From an uncultured Pseudomonadales bacterium (lineage in GTDB: Bacteria > Pseudomonadota > Gammaproteobacteria > Pseudomonadales > JAHEIH01): a stretch of DNA of 64,000 bases. Each line of letters begins with the position of its first letter. The first letter of the stretch is position 1. The translations under genes were made by a program, and so were the position numbers. The notes beneath the pieces were generated by a model. That model was not told the origin of the DNA. It made no database searches and saw only the letters and a list, made by a program, of their open reading frames with translations. Positions 10,063-18,637 of the stretch are shown piece by piece. The stretch lies in assembly GCA_964598145.1 (NCBI GenBank), contig CAZRAM010000006.1, forward strand, positions 84,440-148,439. Reading direction: 5' to 3'.

Positions 10063-11175
10063 ATGCCAGCCGTTCAGTTCGTTGTTGATTCAGACCAGAA
10101 AACCGTCACTGCCCATGCAGAACATGCGAGTTATGAATTATCCCCCTTGTGGCTGCGCGAGCGTTGCCAGGAGGAGGATGCGCTAGACGCGGTCACCCAG
10201 CAGCGCTTATTTAACCCGCACAACTTACCGGCGGATCTGACCTTGCTCGAGGCGGCTAACCTGCCCAATGGCGATATCGCTTTAGCCTTTAGCGATGGTT
10301 ATCGCGGGGTGTATAACACCGCGCAGTTTTTGCCTGACTTCGATGTTCACGATGGCGTTCCCGCGCAGGTGGCGTGGAAAAGCGATATCGACAAATCGGT
10401 GTTTTATGTGGACTTAGCCGATCTTGAAAGCCCATCTGGTTTGTTGGATGCGGTGGAGCGTTTTCTAAAATACGGTGCAATCATTATTAGTGGTGTGCCC
10501 AATGATAAAGAGGCGGTGACGCGCGTCGGTGATATTTTTGGGCATGTCCGCGCCACCAATTTTGGTCGTTATTTCGAGGTGTTTTCGCAGCCAAATTCCA
10601 CCGATCTCGCCTATCGCTCGGTGGCCTTGGCGGCCCACACGGATAACCCCTATCGCGATCCCACTCCGGGCATTCAATTGCTGCATTGCTTGGTGAATGA
10701 AACGAGTGGTGGTTTGTCCACCTTGGTGGATAGCCTGGCGGTGTTAGAGCAACTAAAGCGCGAGCAGCCTGAAGGTTATGATTTGTTGACGCGGGTCCCC
10801 ATCCGTTACCGCTATGTCGACAAGGATATCGAATTAATGGCTCGTCAAACCGTCATCCAAACCGATACCATGGGGCAGTTGGTAGGAGTGACATACAGCC
10901 CTAGGTTGGATTATCTTCCGCTGTTGTCGGTGGAAGATACCCAGCGTTTTCATCGCGCCCGTCAGCGCCTAGGCGAGTTGTTTGCGGATCCTGTCTACAA
11001 GTGGGAGTTCAGCCTTAAGCCTGGACAGGTGCAGATGTTCCACAACAGCCGGGTTCTGCATGGGCGTACTGCGTTTGATGCCAATGAGGGTTTCAGACAA
11101 CTACAGGGCTGTTATATTGATATCGATGGTCCAAAGGGCCTCTACCGAAGTCTCAAAAATAAACAGCATGCCTAG
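10063..11175 (+). CDS. Fe(II)/2-oxoglutarate dioxygenase, gamma-butyrobetaine hydroxylase/TauD family (TmpA/PhnY*-like)
   Basis: 370 aa. DUF971-like N-terminal segment (YELSPLWLRERC), HxD of the facial triad in AAHTDNPYRDPTPGIQLLHC, and the distal His/Arg in NSRVLHGRTAF. Confidence 0.85.
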   Translation: MPAVQFVVDSDQKTVTAHAEHASYELSPLWLRERCQEEDALDAVTQQRLFNPHNLPADLTLLEAANLPNGDIALAFSDGYRGVYNTAQFLPDFDVHDGVPAQVAWKSDIDKSVFYVDLADLESPSGLLDAVERFLKYGAIIISGVPNDKEAVTRVGDIFGHVRATNFGRYFEVFSQPNSTDLAYRSVALAAHTDNPYRDPTPGIQLLHCLVNETSGGLSTLVDSLAVLEQLKREQPEGYDLLTRVPIRYRYVDKDIELMARQTVIQTDTMGQLVGVTYSPRLDYLPLLSVEDTQRFHRARQRLGELFADPVYKWEFSLKPGQVQMFHNSRVLHGRTAFDANEGFRQLQGCYIDIDGPKGLYRSLKNKQHA

Positions 11176-11184
11176 TGGAATGTA

Positions 11185-11805
11185 ATGATGAAAACGGTCA
11201 ATTTTACCCAGATGAAAGACGGCACCCGCGAGGAGTATGAATTTCTCGACGACCTCGAAAACGGTTATGCCCGCGAGCTGCCAGATCGTATCATGGCAAC
11301 CCTACGCGGTCTGGAACACACGCTGTCTGGCTACAAGGTCAGTCGTTTAGAGCACTCGCTGCAGGCCGCGACGCGCGCCTATGAAGATGGGGCTGATGAA
11401 GAGATGATCGTCGCCACACTGATTCATGACATCGGCGATGAATTGGCACCCTACAACCACTCGCAATACGCTGCAGCGGTCATTCGCCCCTACGTGCGCC
11501 CCGAAGTCACGTGGGTAATTAACATGCACGGTGTGTTTCAGTATTACTACTATCTAGACAAGTTGGGGGGTGATAAAAACCAGCGCGATCAGTACCGTGA
11601 TCACCCGTGGTTTCAATCCTGTGCGGATTTTTGTGAAAAGTACGATCAGGCTTCGTTTGATCCAGACTATCCGTCTAAGCCGTTAGCGTTTTTTGAGCCG
11701 ATGGTGAGGAGAATCTTTTCGCGTACGCCTTTCGACCCCGCCCACATGGGCGAGGAAGCGGCAAATGAGGATGGTGTGGACAACCGGAAGAAGGGCAGTG
11801 CCTGA
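11185..11805 (+). CDS. HD-domain protein with H-HD-H-H-D ligand pattern (PhnZ/TmpB/MIOX-like candidate diiron oxygenase)
   Basis: 206 aa, 9 nt after the dioxygenase. Candidate ligands are LEH57SLQ, LIH81D82IG, YNH92SQ, NMH115GVF and KYD154Q. Confidence 0.75.
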   Translation: MMKTVNFTQMKDGTREEYEFLDDLENGYARELPDRIMATLRGLEHTLSGYKVSRLEHSLQAATRAYEDGADEEMIVATLIHDIGDELAPYNHSQYAAAVIRPYVRPEVTWVINMHGVFQYYYYLDKLGGDKNQRDQYRDHPWFQSCADFCEKYDQASFDPDYPSKPLAFFEPMVRRIFSRTPFDPAHMGEEAANEDGVDNRKKGSA

Positions 11806-11806
11806 G

Positions 11807-12412
11807 CTAGATCGACTGCCTAATCACGCCGACGCTCAATCCCTCGATCGCAAAATCCTGTTCGCGTAAATCGACTTCGATGGGCGCGAAGTCTTGGTTT
11901 TCAGCCAATAATGTTAAGCGGCTAGGGTCGCTGCCGCGCTTTAGGCGTTTGACGGTGACCTCGTTATCGATCCGCGCCACCACGATTTCGCCATTGTTGG
12001 CGGTTGGTGTGCGGTGAACCGCCAGTAAATCGCCGTCGAAAATACCGACATCGATCATCGAGTCGCCGTGAACGCGCAGCAAGTAGTCCGCGGCGGGGCT
12101 GAAGAACGTGGCGGGAATATTGGCGCGGTCTTCGATGTGTTGCTCGGCCAATATGGGGCTGCCCGCCGCGACGCGGCCGACAATCGGCAGGCCTTCCTGC
12201 ATGCCGGGGATACGAATACCGCGCGAGGCACCGGCAATCATCTCAATGGCGCCCTTGCGTGCGAGGGCCTTCAGGTGCTCTTCCGCGGCGTTGGCTGACT
12301 TAAAGCCCAGTTCGTTGGCGATGTCAGCGCGGGTAGGGGGGTAACCTGTCTCGTCGATATAGCGACGGATCAGATCGAGGATCTCCTGTTGGCGCGCAGT
12401 GAGTTTTTGCAT
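11807..12412 (-). CDS. lexA: LexA repressor
   Basis: 201 aa. [15 protein letters not shown] wHTH, Ala-Gly autocleavage site [10 protein letters not shown], catalytic Ser in HGDSM and Lys in VTVKRL. Confidence 0.97.
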   Translation of the reverse strand: MQKLTARQQEILDLIRRYIDETGYPPTRADIANELGFKSANAAEEHLKALARKGAIEMIAGASRGIRIPGMQEGLPIVGRVAAGSPILAEQHIEDRANIPATFFSPAADYLLRVHGDSMIDVGIFDGDLLAVHRTPTANNGEIVVARIDNEVTVKRLKRGSDPSRLTLLAENQDFAPIEVDLREQDFAIEGLSVGVIRQSI

Positions 12413-12425
12413 GGCGAATCCCTAT

Positions 12426-12441
12426 CTGTGTTTATATACAG
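12426..12441 (-). promoter_or_regulatory. SOS box (LexA operator), perfect CTGT-N8-ACAG
   Basis: CTGTGTTTATATACAG lies 14 nt upstream of the lexA start codon. Confidence 0.8.
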
Positions 12442-12443
12442 TA

Positions 12444-12459
12444 TTGGAATTATATACAG
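12444..12459 (-). promoter_or_regulatory. Second, half-degenerate SOS box overlapping the lexA -10
   Basis: On the lexA strand it reads CTGTATATAATTCCAA: the CTGT half is intact and the distal half is CCAA instead of ACAG. It lies 2 nt from box 1. Confidence 0.5.
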
Positions 12460-12476
12460 GTATTCGCCGCTGGCAA
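12449..12476 (-). promoter_or_regulatory. Candidate sigma70 promoter of lexA
   Basis: On the minus strand: TTGCCA (12476-12471), a 16-nt spacer, then TATAAT (12454-12449). The -10 lies inside SOS box 2. Confidence 0.5.
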
Positions 12477-12513
12477 GGATTAATTTTAAGAGAGGCAGAT
12501 ACTTAGTGAGGGT

Positions 12514-12825
12514 TTAGTAGTCGTCGAGATCGATTTCTACGTCCGGCTCAATGCCCTCGAGGGATCCCGACCAGTTATCCGGACGCACCACATCGTCATC
12601 CATCATGCGGTCTTCATCGGAAAGGCCCAGGCCGTTGCGCCAGTCTTCAGGGGCATCGACTTGTCGCAGCAACAGTTCACGCCAGGCGTCCAGATCGTAT
12701 TCTTCAATGTCACCATCCTCGTGTTGAACCTCAATGAAGCCACTGTCGATGGCCACAATTTCGAATACCAATCCCTGCTCTTCGTCGCGGTACCACTGCC
12801 CTACGACCGGTTTTAGCCTGCTCAT
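12514..12825 (-). CDS. Hypothetical acidic protein
   Basis: Start set at ATG 12825 (MSRLKPVVGQWY), preceded by GGAGAGGTGG; the longest ORF starts at 12852. Acidic C-terminus. No family recognised. Confidence 0.5.
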   Translation of the reverse strand: MSRLKPVVGQWYRDEEQGLVFEIVAIDSGFIEVQHEDGDIEEYDLDAWRELLLRQVDAPEDWRNGLGLSDEDRMMDDDVVRPDNWSGSLEGIEPDVEIDLDDY

Positions 12826-12967
12826 AAGCCACCTCTCCAACTGAGTATGCACGTTTTATTTATAGCGCAGCTATCGCGATAGTCGAGCAATATTCGCACT
12901 TGTGCTCTGTTTTTAAAGGAGGCATCCTTACGTCAAAATCAACCTCGACGCAGGAAGCGAAAAAACC

Positions 12968-14059
12968 ATGCAAGAAATTGTCTCGCAATTTCAACAGATT
13001 ATGTCTAGCACCAGCGGCGCGGTATTCGTCGTTATAGCTATTACTGCCGTGGCCCACCTAATTGCAAAAATTTTGTTAGCGGGTTTGCTGCGAAGTACTC
13101 GTATGTCGCGCACGGCGCTCGACGACAATTTGGTGGAGGCGGTGCAAACCCCCTTGCTTTATTTTGTCTGGCTGTTGGGCTTGAGTTGGGCGGTCGACAT
13201 TATTGATGCTAGCAACGAGTTGCCTATTTTTTCCTTTGCCGATGACGTCACGCGGGTTGGTGTTATCGTGCTACTGGCCTGGGCCTTGGTGCGCATTATT
13301 CGCGGCGTAGAGGCGGTCTATATCGAGCGCACTCACGACTCGGCTGAAGAGAGCCGTGTCGATGAGTCGACCGCGACGGCCATTGCCAAATTACTGCGTA
13401 TGGCGGTGTTAATTACCGCTGGCCTAATCATCATGCAGGCACTGGGCTACAGTATCTCTGGGGTCTTGGCCTTTGGTGGCGTCGGTGGTATCGCGGTGGG
13501 TTTTGCCGCTCAAGATTTGCTGTCTAACTTCTTCGGTGCGCTCACCATTCACCTCGATCGTCCCTTCAAAGTGGGTGACTGGATCCGCTCTCCCGATAAA
13601 GAAATTGAAGGTACTGTTGAACACATTGGTTGGCGGGTGACGCGTATTCGCACCTTCGATATGCGCCCGCTGTACGTGCCCAATGCCACCTTTACCAAGA
13701 TCGCCGTGGAAAACCCCTCGCGTATGCTCAATCGCCGAATCTATGAAACGGTGGGGGTGCGTTACGACGATGCCTCGGTGTTAGATAAGATTATTGCCGA
13801 TGTCGAAACCATGCTGCGCAACCATGAGGCCATCGACAAGGGGCGCACCTTGATGGTCAATTTCAACGCCTTTGGCGCATCGTCATTGGATTTCTTTGTG
13901 TACTGCTTTACCCACACCACGGTGTGGACCGAGTATCACCAGATCAAACAGGACGTGTTGTTTAAGATCTATCAGATTGTTGAACAACACGGCGGTGATA
14001 TTGCCTACCCCACCACGCGAGTGCAGTTGGAAAATATCAGCCCCGTTCCAGAGGTGTAA
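12968..14059 (+). CDS. Mechanosensitive ion channel, MscS family
   Basis: 363 aa. N-terminal TM helices and an MscS pore/beta-domain region (GGVGGIAVGFAAQDLLSNFFGALTIHLDRPFKVGDWI). Confidence 0.85.
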   Translation: MQEIVSQFQQIMSSTSGAVFVVIAITAVAHLIAKILLAGLLRSTRMSRTALDDNLVEAVQTPLLYFVWLLGLSWAVDIIDASNELPIFSFADDVTRVGVIVLLAWALVRIIRGVEAVYIERTHDSAEESRVDESTATAIAKLLRMAVLITAGLIIMQALGYSISGVLAFGGVGGIAVGFAAQDLLSNFFGALTIHLDRPFKVGDWIRSPDKEIEGTVEHIGWRVTRIRTFDMRPLYVPNATFTKIAVENPSRMLNRRIYETVGVRYDDASVLDKIIADVETMLRNHEAIDKGRTLMVNFNAFGASSLDFFVYCFTHTTVWTEYHQIKQDVLFKIYQIVEQHGGDIAYPTTRVQLENISPVPEV

Positions 14060-14924
14060 CCAGCACGATTACACCGAATAAGGGGTGGTCGAGGTAGTGG
14101 ATTTCGCCGCTGCGCATGCGACGGCTCTGTCTTAGCGTCACCGTGCGAGACACGCTGTAGGGTTCGTTAACGATGAAGCTAAACGGGCTGTAGGTATCGG
14201 CATTGGTCAGATCAGTGCCGCCTCGGCTCGGCAATTCTGGCACCTGAAACGTGGCTTGTTGGCCGAAATTGGGCAGGAAACTGTGCAGCCACAGGTCGGT
14301 GTCAATGTGTAGGTAGCGTTCAACGCTTACCTTGATCGTCCCTTCCAGTTCAAAATGTGAGCCGTATTCATCCCCACCGGTAATCAGGATCGCGGGTGAG
14401 CGGCGGCGGCTTTCTAGGGGTTGTTGCCACACCTCGTGAAATAGCGGGCGATAGCGATCGATGCGGCGCAGGTGCTGCAAGGCTCCGAGCAGTTGCTTGG
14501 CGCTATCATCGAGCCGTTGAAAGGGCAGTGGCAGGGGAGCAGGGGGTTGTTCTAGTGGCTGGTCAAGCAACTCCATCGGCGTGGTTGCCAGGGCGGCGCT
14601 GTTGGGATCGAGTAACAGCGTGCTATCGTCGCCGCTTGGTTGTGCTGGAAGCTCCAGCAAGTTGGGAACTTCTACCTCAAGCGTGGTGTTGAAGTCACTG
14701 TCGATAGCGTTGGGGAGGGCGATGGCGTCGAACAGCATTTTCACCCGAGAAGGGTAGTTGAGCACCACGTCATCGGGCCAGTTTTCCTCGGCCTCGGACG
14801 CTTCATCCTGGTGGGCGAAGACGATCATCTCCACTTGGTACCAGTTGCTCTCTGCGCTGGCGCTAGTAGCGAAGGCGGCGAACAAGCTGGCGAGCAGTGT
14901 TTTTCTCAAGTGGTACATCATCAT
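14037..14924 (-). CDS. Secreted protein, CsiV-like (peptidoglycan-associated, mfd-linked)
   Basis: 295 aa. Signal peptide LLASLFAAFATSASA followed by NWYQVEMIVFAH, as I recall for the CsiV family. It lies directly downstream of mfd. The family call is from memory. Confidence 0.5.
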   Translation of the reverse strand: MMMYHLRKTLLASLFAAFATSASAESNWYQVEMIVFAHQDEASEAEENWPDDVVLNYPSRVKMLFDAIALPNAIDSDFNTTLEVEVPNLLELPAQPSGDDSTLLLDPNSAALATTPMELLDQPLEQPPAPLPLPFQRLDDSAKQLLGALQHLRRIDRYRPLFHEVWQQPLESRRRSPAILITGGDEYGSHFELEGTIKVSVERYLHIDTDLWLHSFLPNFGQQATFQVPELPSRGGTDLTNADTYSPFSFIVNEPYSVSRTVTLRQSRRMRSGEIHYLDHPLFGVIVLVTPLERG

Positions 14925-14933
14925 TCCCGTAGG

Positions 14934-17900
14934 CTAGGCGCCCAGTTCTTTTAATAAACCCATGGCGAATTCTAGCCGATCTTGCGCTTCAGGCAATGGC
15001 AACTGGAATTTAAGTCCGTTGGCGCCGTTCATGCGGAACGCGCCGGCCTTCGATTGCAGTAGTTTAACGATGGTCATAGGCTCGACTGCGGTATCAGCCG
15101 CGAATTCTAGCCCGCCGCCGCCACCGCCGACATCGAGTTTCATCACACCGATGTGCTCCGCCAGCAATTTCACCTCGCTGATAGAAAACAGCGCTTTGGT
15201 GGGTGGGGGGAGCAGGCCAAAGCGATCGATCATTTCCACCTGCAGTTCGCGCAGTTGATCGCTGTCCTTGGCGGCCGAAATGCGCTTGTACAGACCCAGA
15301 CGCGCATTGACGTCGGGTAGGTAGTCGTCGGGAATCAGAGCCGGTGTGCGCAGGTTGATTTCCGGCCCGCTCTGCAGGGTGGTTTCAAGGTCGACTTTCT
15401 TGCCTTTTTTGAGCGCTTTCACGGCGCGATCCAGCATGTCCATGTACATGCTGAGGCCGACGGTTTGAATTTGGCCAGACTGTTCATCGCCGAGCAGTTC
15501 GCCGGCACCGCGAATCTCGAGGTCGTGGCTAGCGAGTGTAAAGCCAGCCCCCAGCGTGTCTGCAGCGGCGATGGCCTCTAGGCGCTTGTGGGCGTCATCG
15601 GTCATGGCCTTGGACTCTGGCGTTAGCAGATAGGCGTAAGCTTGGTGGTGCGAACGCCCTACACGGCCACGCAGTTGGTGTAACTGGGCCAGGCCGAATT
15701 TATCGGCGCGCTCGATGATGATGGTGTTGGCGTTGGGTACGTCAATACCGGTTTCGATAATGGTGGTACATAGTAGGATGTTGTACTTCTTGTGGTAGAA
15801 GTCGCTCATCACTTGTTCCAAATCGCGCTCGCGCATCTGGCCATGGCCGATGCCGATGTGCGCCTCGGGGAGCAATTCCTGTAGCTCGCGAGCGGCATTT
15901 TGAATGGTCTTAACCTCGTTGTGCAGGTAGTAGACCTGGCCGCCGCGCAGTAATTCACGCCAAATCGCTTCTTTGATCAGTGGTTTTTTCTTCTCGCTGA
16001 CGAAGGTCTTCACCGATAGACGGCGCGCCGGCGGAGTGGCGATGATCGACAAATCGCGCATGCCCGACATGGCCATGTTCAGTGTGCGTGGAATGGGTGT
16101 GGCGGTCAGGGTGAGGATGTCCACCTCGGCGCGCAGAGCCTTGATGGCTTCTTTCTGGCGTACCCCAAAACGATGCTCTTCGTCGATAATAAGCAGGCCG
16201 AGATCTTTAAATTTTATGCTCGACTGCAGCAATTTGTGGGTGCCGACCAGAATGTCGACCTTGCCCTGTTCAAGGCGGGCGATGATGTCGGCTACGTCCT
16301 TGTCGCTTTTGAATCGCGACACCACTTCCACCGTTACGGGCCACTCGGAAAAGCGGTCGCGGAAGGTCTCGTAGTGCTGCTGGGCGAGTAGGGTGGTGGG
16401 CACCAGCATAGCTACCTGGCGGCCAGCGTCGACGGCAACAAAGGCGGCGCGCATCGCTACCTCGGTTTTGCCAAAGCCGACATCACCACACACCAGTCGA
16501 TCCATCGGCGTTGAGGCGCGCATATCGCGGATGACGTTTTCGATGGCTTCGGTTTGGTCGGGCGTTTCCTCAAACGGAAAGCCAGCTGCGAATTGTTGGT
16601 AATTTAAATCGCTGAAGGCGCACGACACGCCTTCACGCGCGGCGCGGCGCGAGTAGATGTCGAGTAGTTCGGCGGCCGCATCACGGGCTTTTTCGGCGGC
16701 CTTGCGGCGTGCCTTGCTCCACTGTTCGGTGCCGAGTTTGTGCAGCGGTGCCGCGGCGTCATCGCCGCCCGAGTAAAGGCTAATTAAATCGAGCGAGGTG
16801 ACTGGAACATAGAGTTTGGCACCGTCGGCGTACTGCAGGGCGAGAAATTCGCTGGCTTGACCGTCGATAGGGATGCTTTCCAGTCCAAGGTAGCGACCAA
16901 TGCCGTGCTCGGCGTGGACCACGGCCTTGCCAGGCGCCAGTTCGGCGAGGCTTTTTACCGCCAGTTCAGTGCTGTCGCTGCTGCGTTTGCGGCGGCGGCG
17001 CTGCATGACGCGCTGGCCAAACAGTTGTGGCTCGGCGATGACCTCGATGCCTTGGGTAGGTAGGCACAGTCCCTCGGCAAGGGGGGCGACAGTGATCGCT
17101 AGGGTGGCGTCGCTCATCGTAAACTCCGCCCAATCGGCGACCTGTTTCGGGCGAATATCCCCTTTGGCAAACAATTCCAGAAGTGATTCTCGGCGACCAG
17201 TAGTTTCAGCACAAATAAGAATGCGCAATTTGCTGGTGTGCAGGTGGCGTTTTAACTCCGCCAGTGGGTCGTCGGCGCGCGCGTCGATGCTGAGGTCGGC
17301 CATCGGGCTGGCGGGGAACACAAATTGGCTCTTGTCTGCTGCGCCCTCGCTGTAGACGATTCGCGACAGGCTCTTGAAACGGCCAAACAGTTCTTCGTTG
17401 GCCATGAATAGGTGTTTAGGGGGCAATAGCGGACGGGTGGGGTCGATACCGAGTTCGTCGAAGCGGTTGGCGATATCCTGCCAGTACTGTTGCACTGTCG
17501 GTTCTAAGGCGGCATCTGCGAACAGCAGGCTGTCGTCCGGAAGATAGTCCAGCAAGCTATCGGTGTGCTCAAAAAAGAGCGGCAGATAGTATTCGATACC
17601 CGCCGGTGCCATGCCGTCGCTGACATCGCGGTAGGTCGGGCACTTGCGGTGGTCAACGTCGAACAGTTCGTGCCATTGGTTGCGGAAGCGTTTGATGCCC
17701 TCAGCGTCGAGCGGGAATTCACGCGCCGGGAGAATCTCAATGCGTTCGACTTTCTCGAGCGTGCGCTGAGTTTCTGGGTCGAAGCTGCGCAAACTCTCCA
17801 ATTCATCGTCGAACAGTTCAAGTCGGAAGGGCACTGTACTACCCATGGGGAATAAGTCGACCACCGAGCCGCGTACGGCAAATTCACCGTGTTCGTAAAC

Positions 17901-18371
17901 GGTGTCCACACAGCGATAACCGGCGGCTTCCCACTGGGCTCGCTCGCTGTCGATGGCAAAACGCTGGCCGCTTTCAAGCAGCGTGCTATGCGCTGCCAAA
18001 TAGCTGCTGGGCGCAATGCGTTGCAGCAGACTAGTCACGGTGGTTACCAGTACCAAGCGCTCCTGGCGAGTGAGGCGGTGAAGGATCCGCAAGCGCTCTG
18101 AAATGATGTCTTGGTGGGGTGAAAAGCTGTCGTAGGGCAGGGTTTCCCAGTCCGGAAAATGCACCACCGATTCGGGATCGCCGCTGTAAAAGCGGATGTC
18201 ATTCTCCAGTTGCTGGGCGCTGTTGCCGTCGCGACAGACCACCAATATAGGCGCCTGTGATTCGGCCATGGCAAGGGCCACAGAAAGCCCCAGCCCGCTG
18301 CCGCGCAGTTCAGTCCAGCGCTGGCGTTGGCAGTCGGTCGGTAACACGGGGAGCAGTGGCTTAAGGTCCAT
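14934..18371 (-). CDS. mfd: Transcription-repair coupling factor
   Basis: 1145 aa. Superfamily-2 helicase Walker A GDVGFGKTEV, DEEH box IIDEEHRFG, UvrB-homology N-terminus and TRG/CarD-like regions. Confidence 0.97.
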   Translation of the reverse strand: MDLKPLLPVLPTDCQRQRWTELRGSGLGLSVALAMAESQAPILVVCRDGNSAQQLENDIRFYSGDPESVVHFPDWETLPYDSFSPHQDIISERLRILHRLTRQERLVLVTTVTSLLQRIAPSSYLAAHSTLLESGQRFAIDSERAQWEAAGYRCVDTVYEHGEFAVRGSVVDLFPMGSTVPFRLELFDDELESLRSFDPETQRTLEKVERIEILPAREFPLDAEGIKRFRNQWHELFDVDHRKCPTYRDVSDGMAPAGIEYYLPLFFEHTDSLLDYLPDDSLLFADAALEPTVQQYWQDIANRFDELGIDPTRPLLPPKHLFMANEELFGRFKSLSRIVYSEGAADKSQFVFPASPMADLSIDARADDPLAELKRHLHTSKLRILICAETTGRRESLLELFAKGDIRPKQVADWAEFTMSDATLAITVAPLAEGLCLPTQGIEVIAEPQLFGQRVMQRRRRKRSSDSTELAVKSLAELAPGKAVVHAEHGIGRYLGLESIPIDGQASEFLALQYADGAKLYVPVTSLDLISLYSGGDDAAAPLHKLGTEQWSKARRKAAEKARDAAAELLDIYSRRAAREGVSCAFSDLNYQQFAAGFPFEETPDQTEAIENVIRDMRASTPMDRLVCGDVGFGKTEVAMRAAFVAVDAGRQVAMLVPTTLLAQQHYETFRDRFSEWPVTVEVVSRFKSDKDVADIIARLEQGKVDILVGTHKLLQSSIKFKDLGLLIIDEEHRFGVRQKEAIKALRAEVDILTLTATPIPRTLNMAMSGMRDLSIIATPPARRLSVKTFVSEKKKPLIKEAIWRELLRGGQVYYLHNEVKTIQNAARELQELLPEAHIGIGHGQMRERDLEQVMSDFYHKKYNILLCTTIIETGIDVPNANTIIIERADKFGLAQLHQLRGRVGRSHHQAYAYLLTPESKAMTDDAHKRLEAIAAADTLGAGFTLASHDLEIRGAGELLGDEQSGQIQTVGLSMYMDMLDRAVKALKKGKKVDLETTLQSGPEINLRTPALIPDDYLPDVNARLGLYKRISAAKDSDQLRELQVEMIDRFGLLPPPTKALFSISEVKLLAEHIGVMKLDVGGGGGGLEFAADTAVEPMTIVKLLQSKAGAFRMNGANGLKFQLPLPEAQDRLEFAMGLLKELGA

Positions 18372-18637
18372 GGCGATACGGGGTGTCCGGTGGTCAAAAA
18401 AGGGGGCATTTTACTGCACCCGGCAGGGGACTACCACCGTCAATCCCTCCGCGCCTTTGGAAAGCGTCCCACTGTAGTATTTTTACATTGGTAAACGCTT
18501 TCATCGCGTTACAGGGTAACAAAACTACAGGTTTAAGTGCTTGTATTGTTTAACATTGCAGCCTCTACCATAATGTCGCTTACAAAAAACAAAAACCTGC
18601 ACATAACCTCAAATCATCACCTTTTCACGGAGAACAC

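Noticed and set aside
18372-18637. Possible LexA-like or HexR-like operator in the mfd/GAPDH divergent region (CTGTAGTATTTTTACAT and TGTT-t-AACA).
   Set aside because: The first lacks the ACAG half-site at the correct spacing. The second is a 4-bp dyad that does not match the TTGT-N7/8-ACAA HexR pattern I remember. This is too weak to call.
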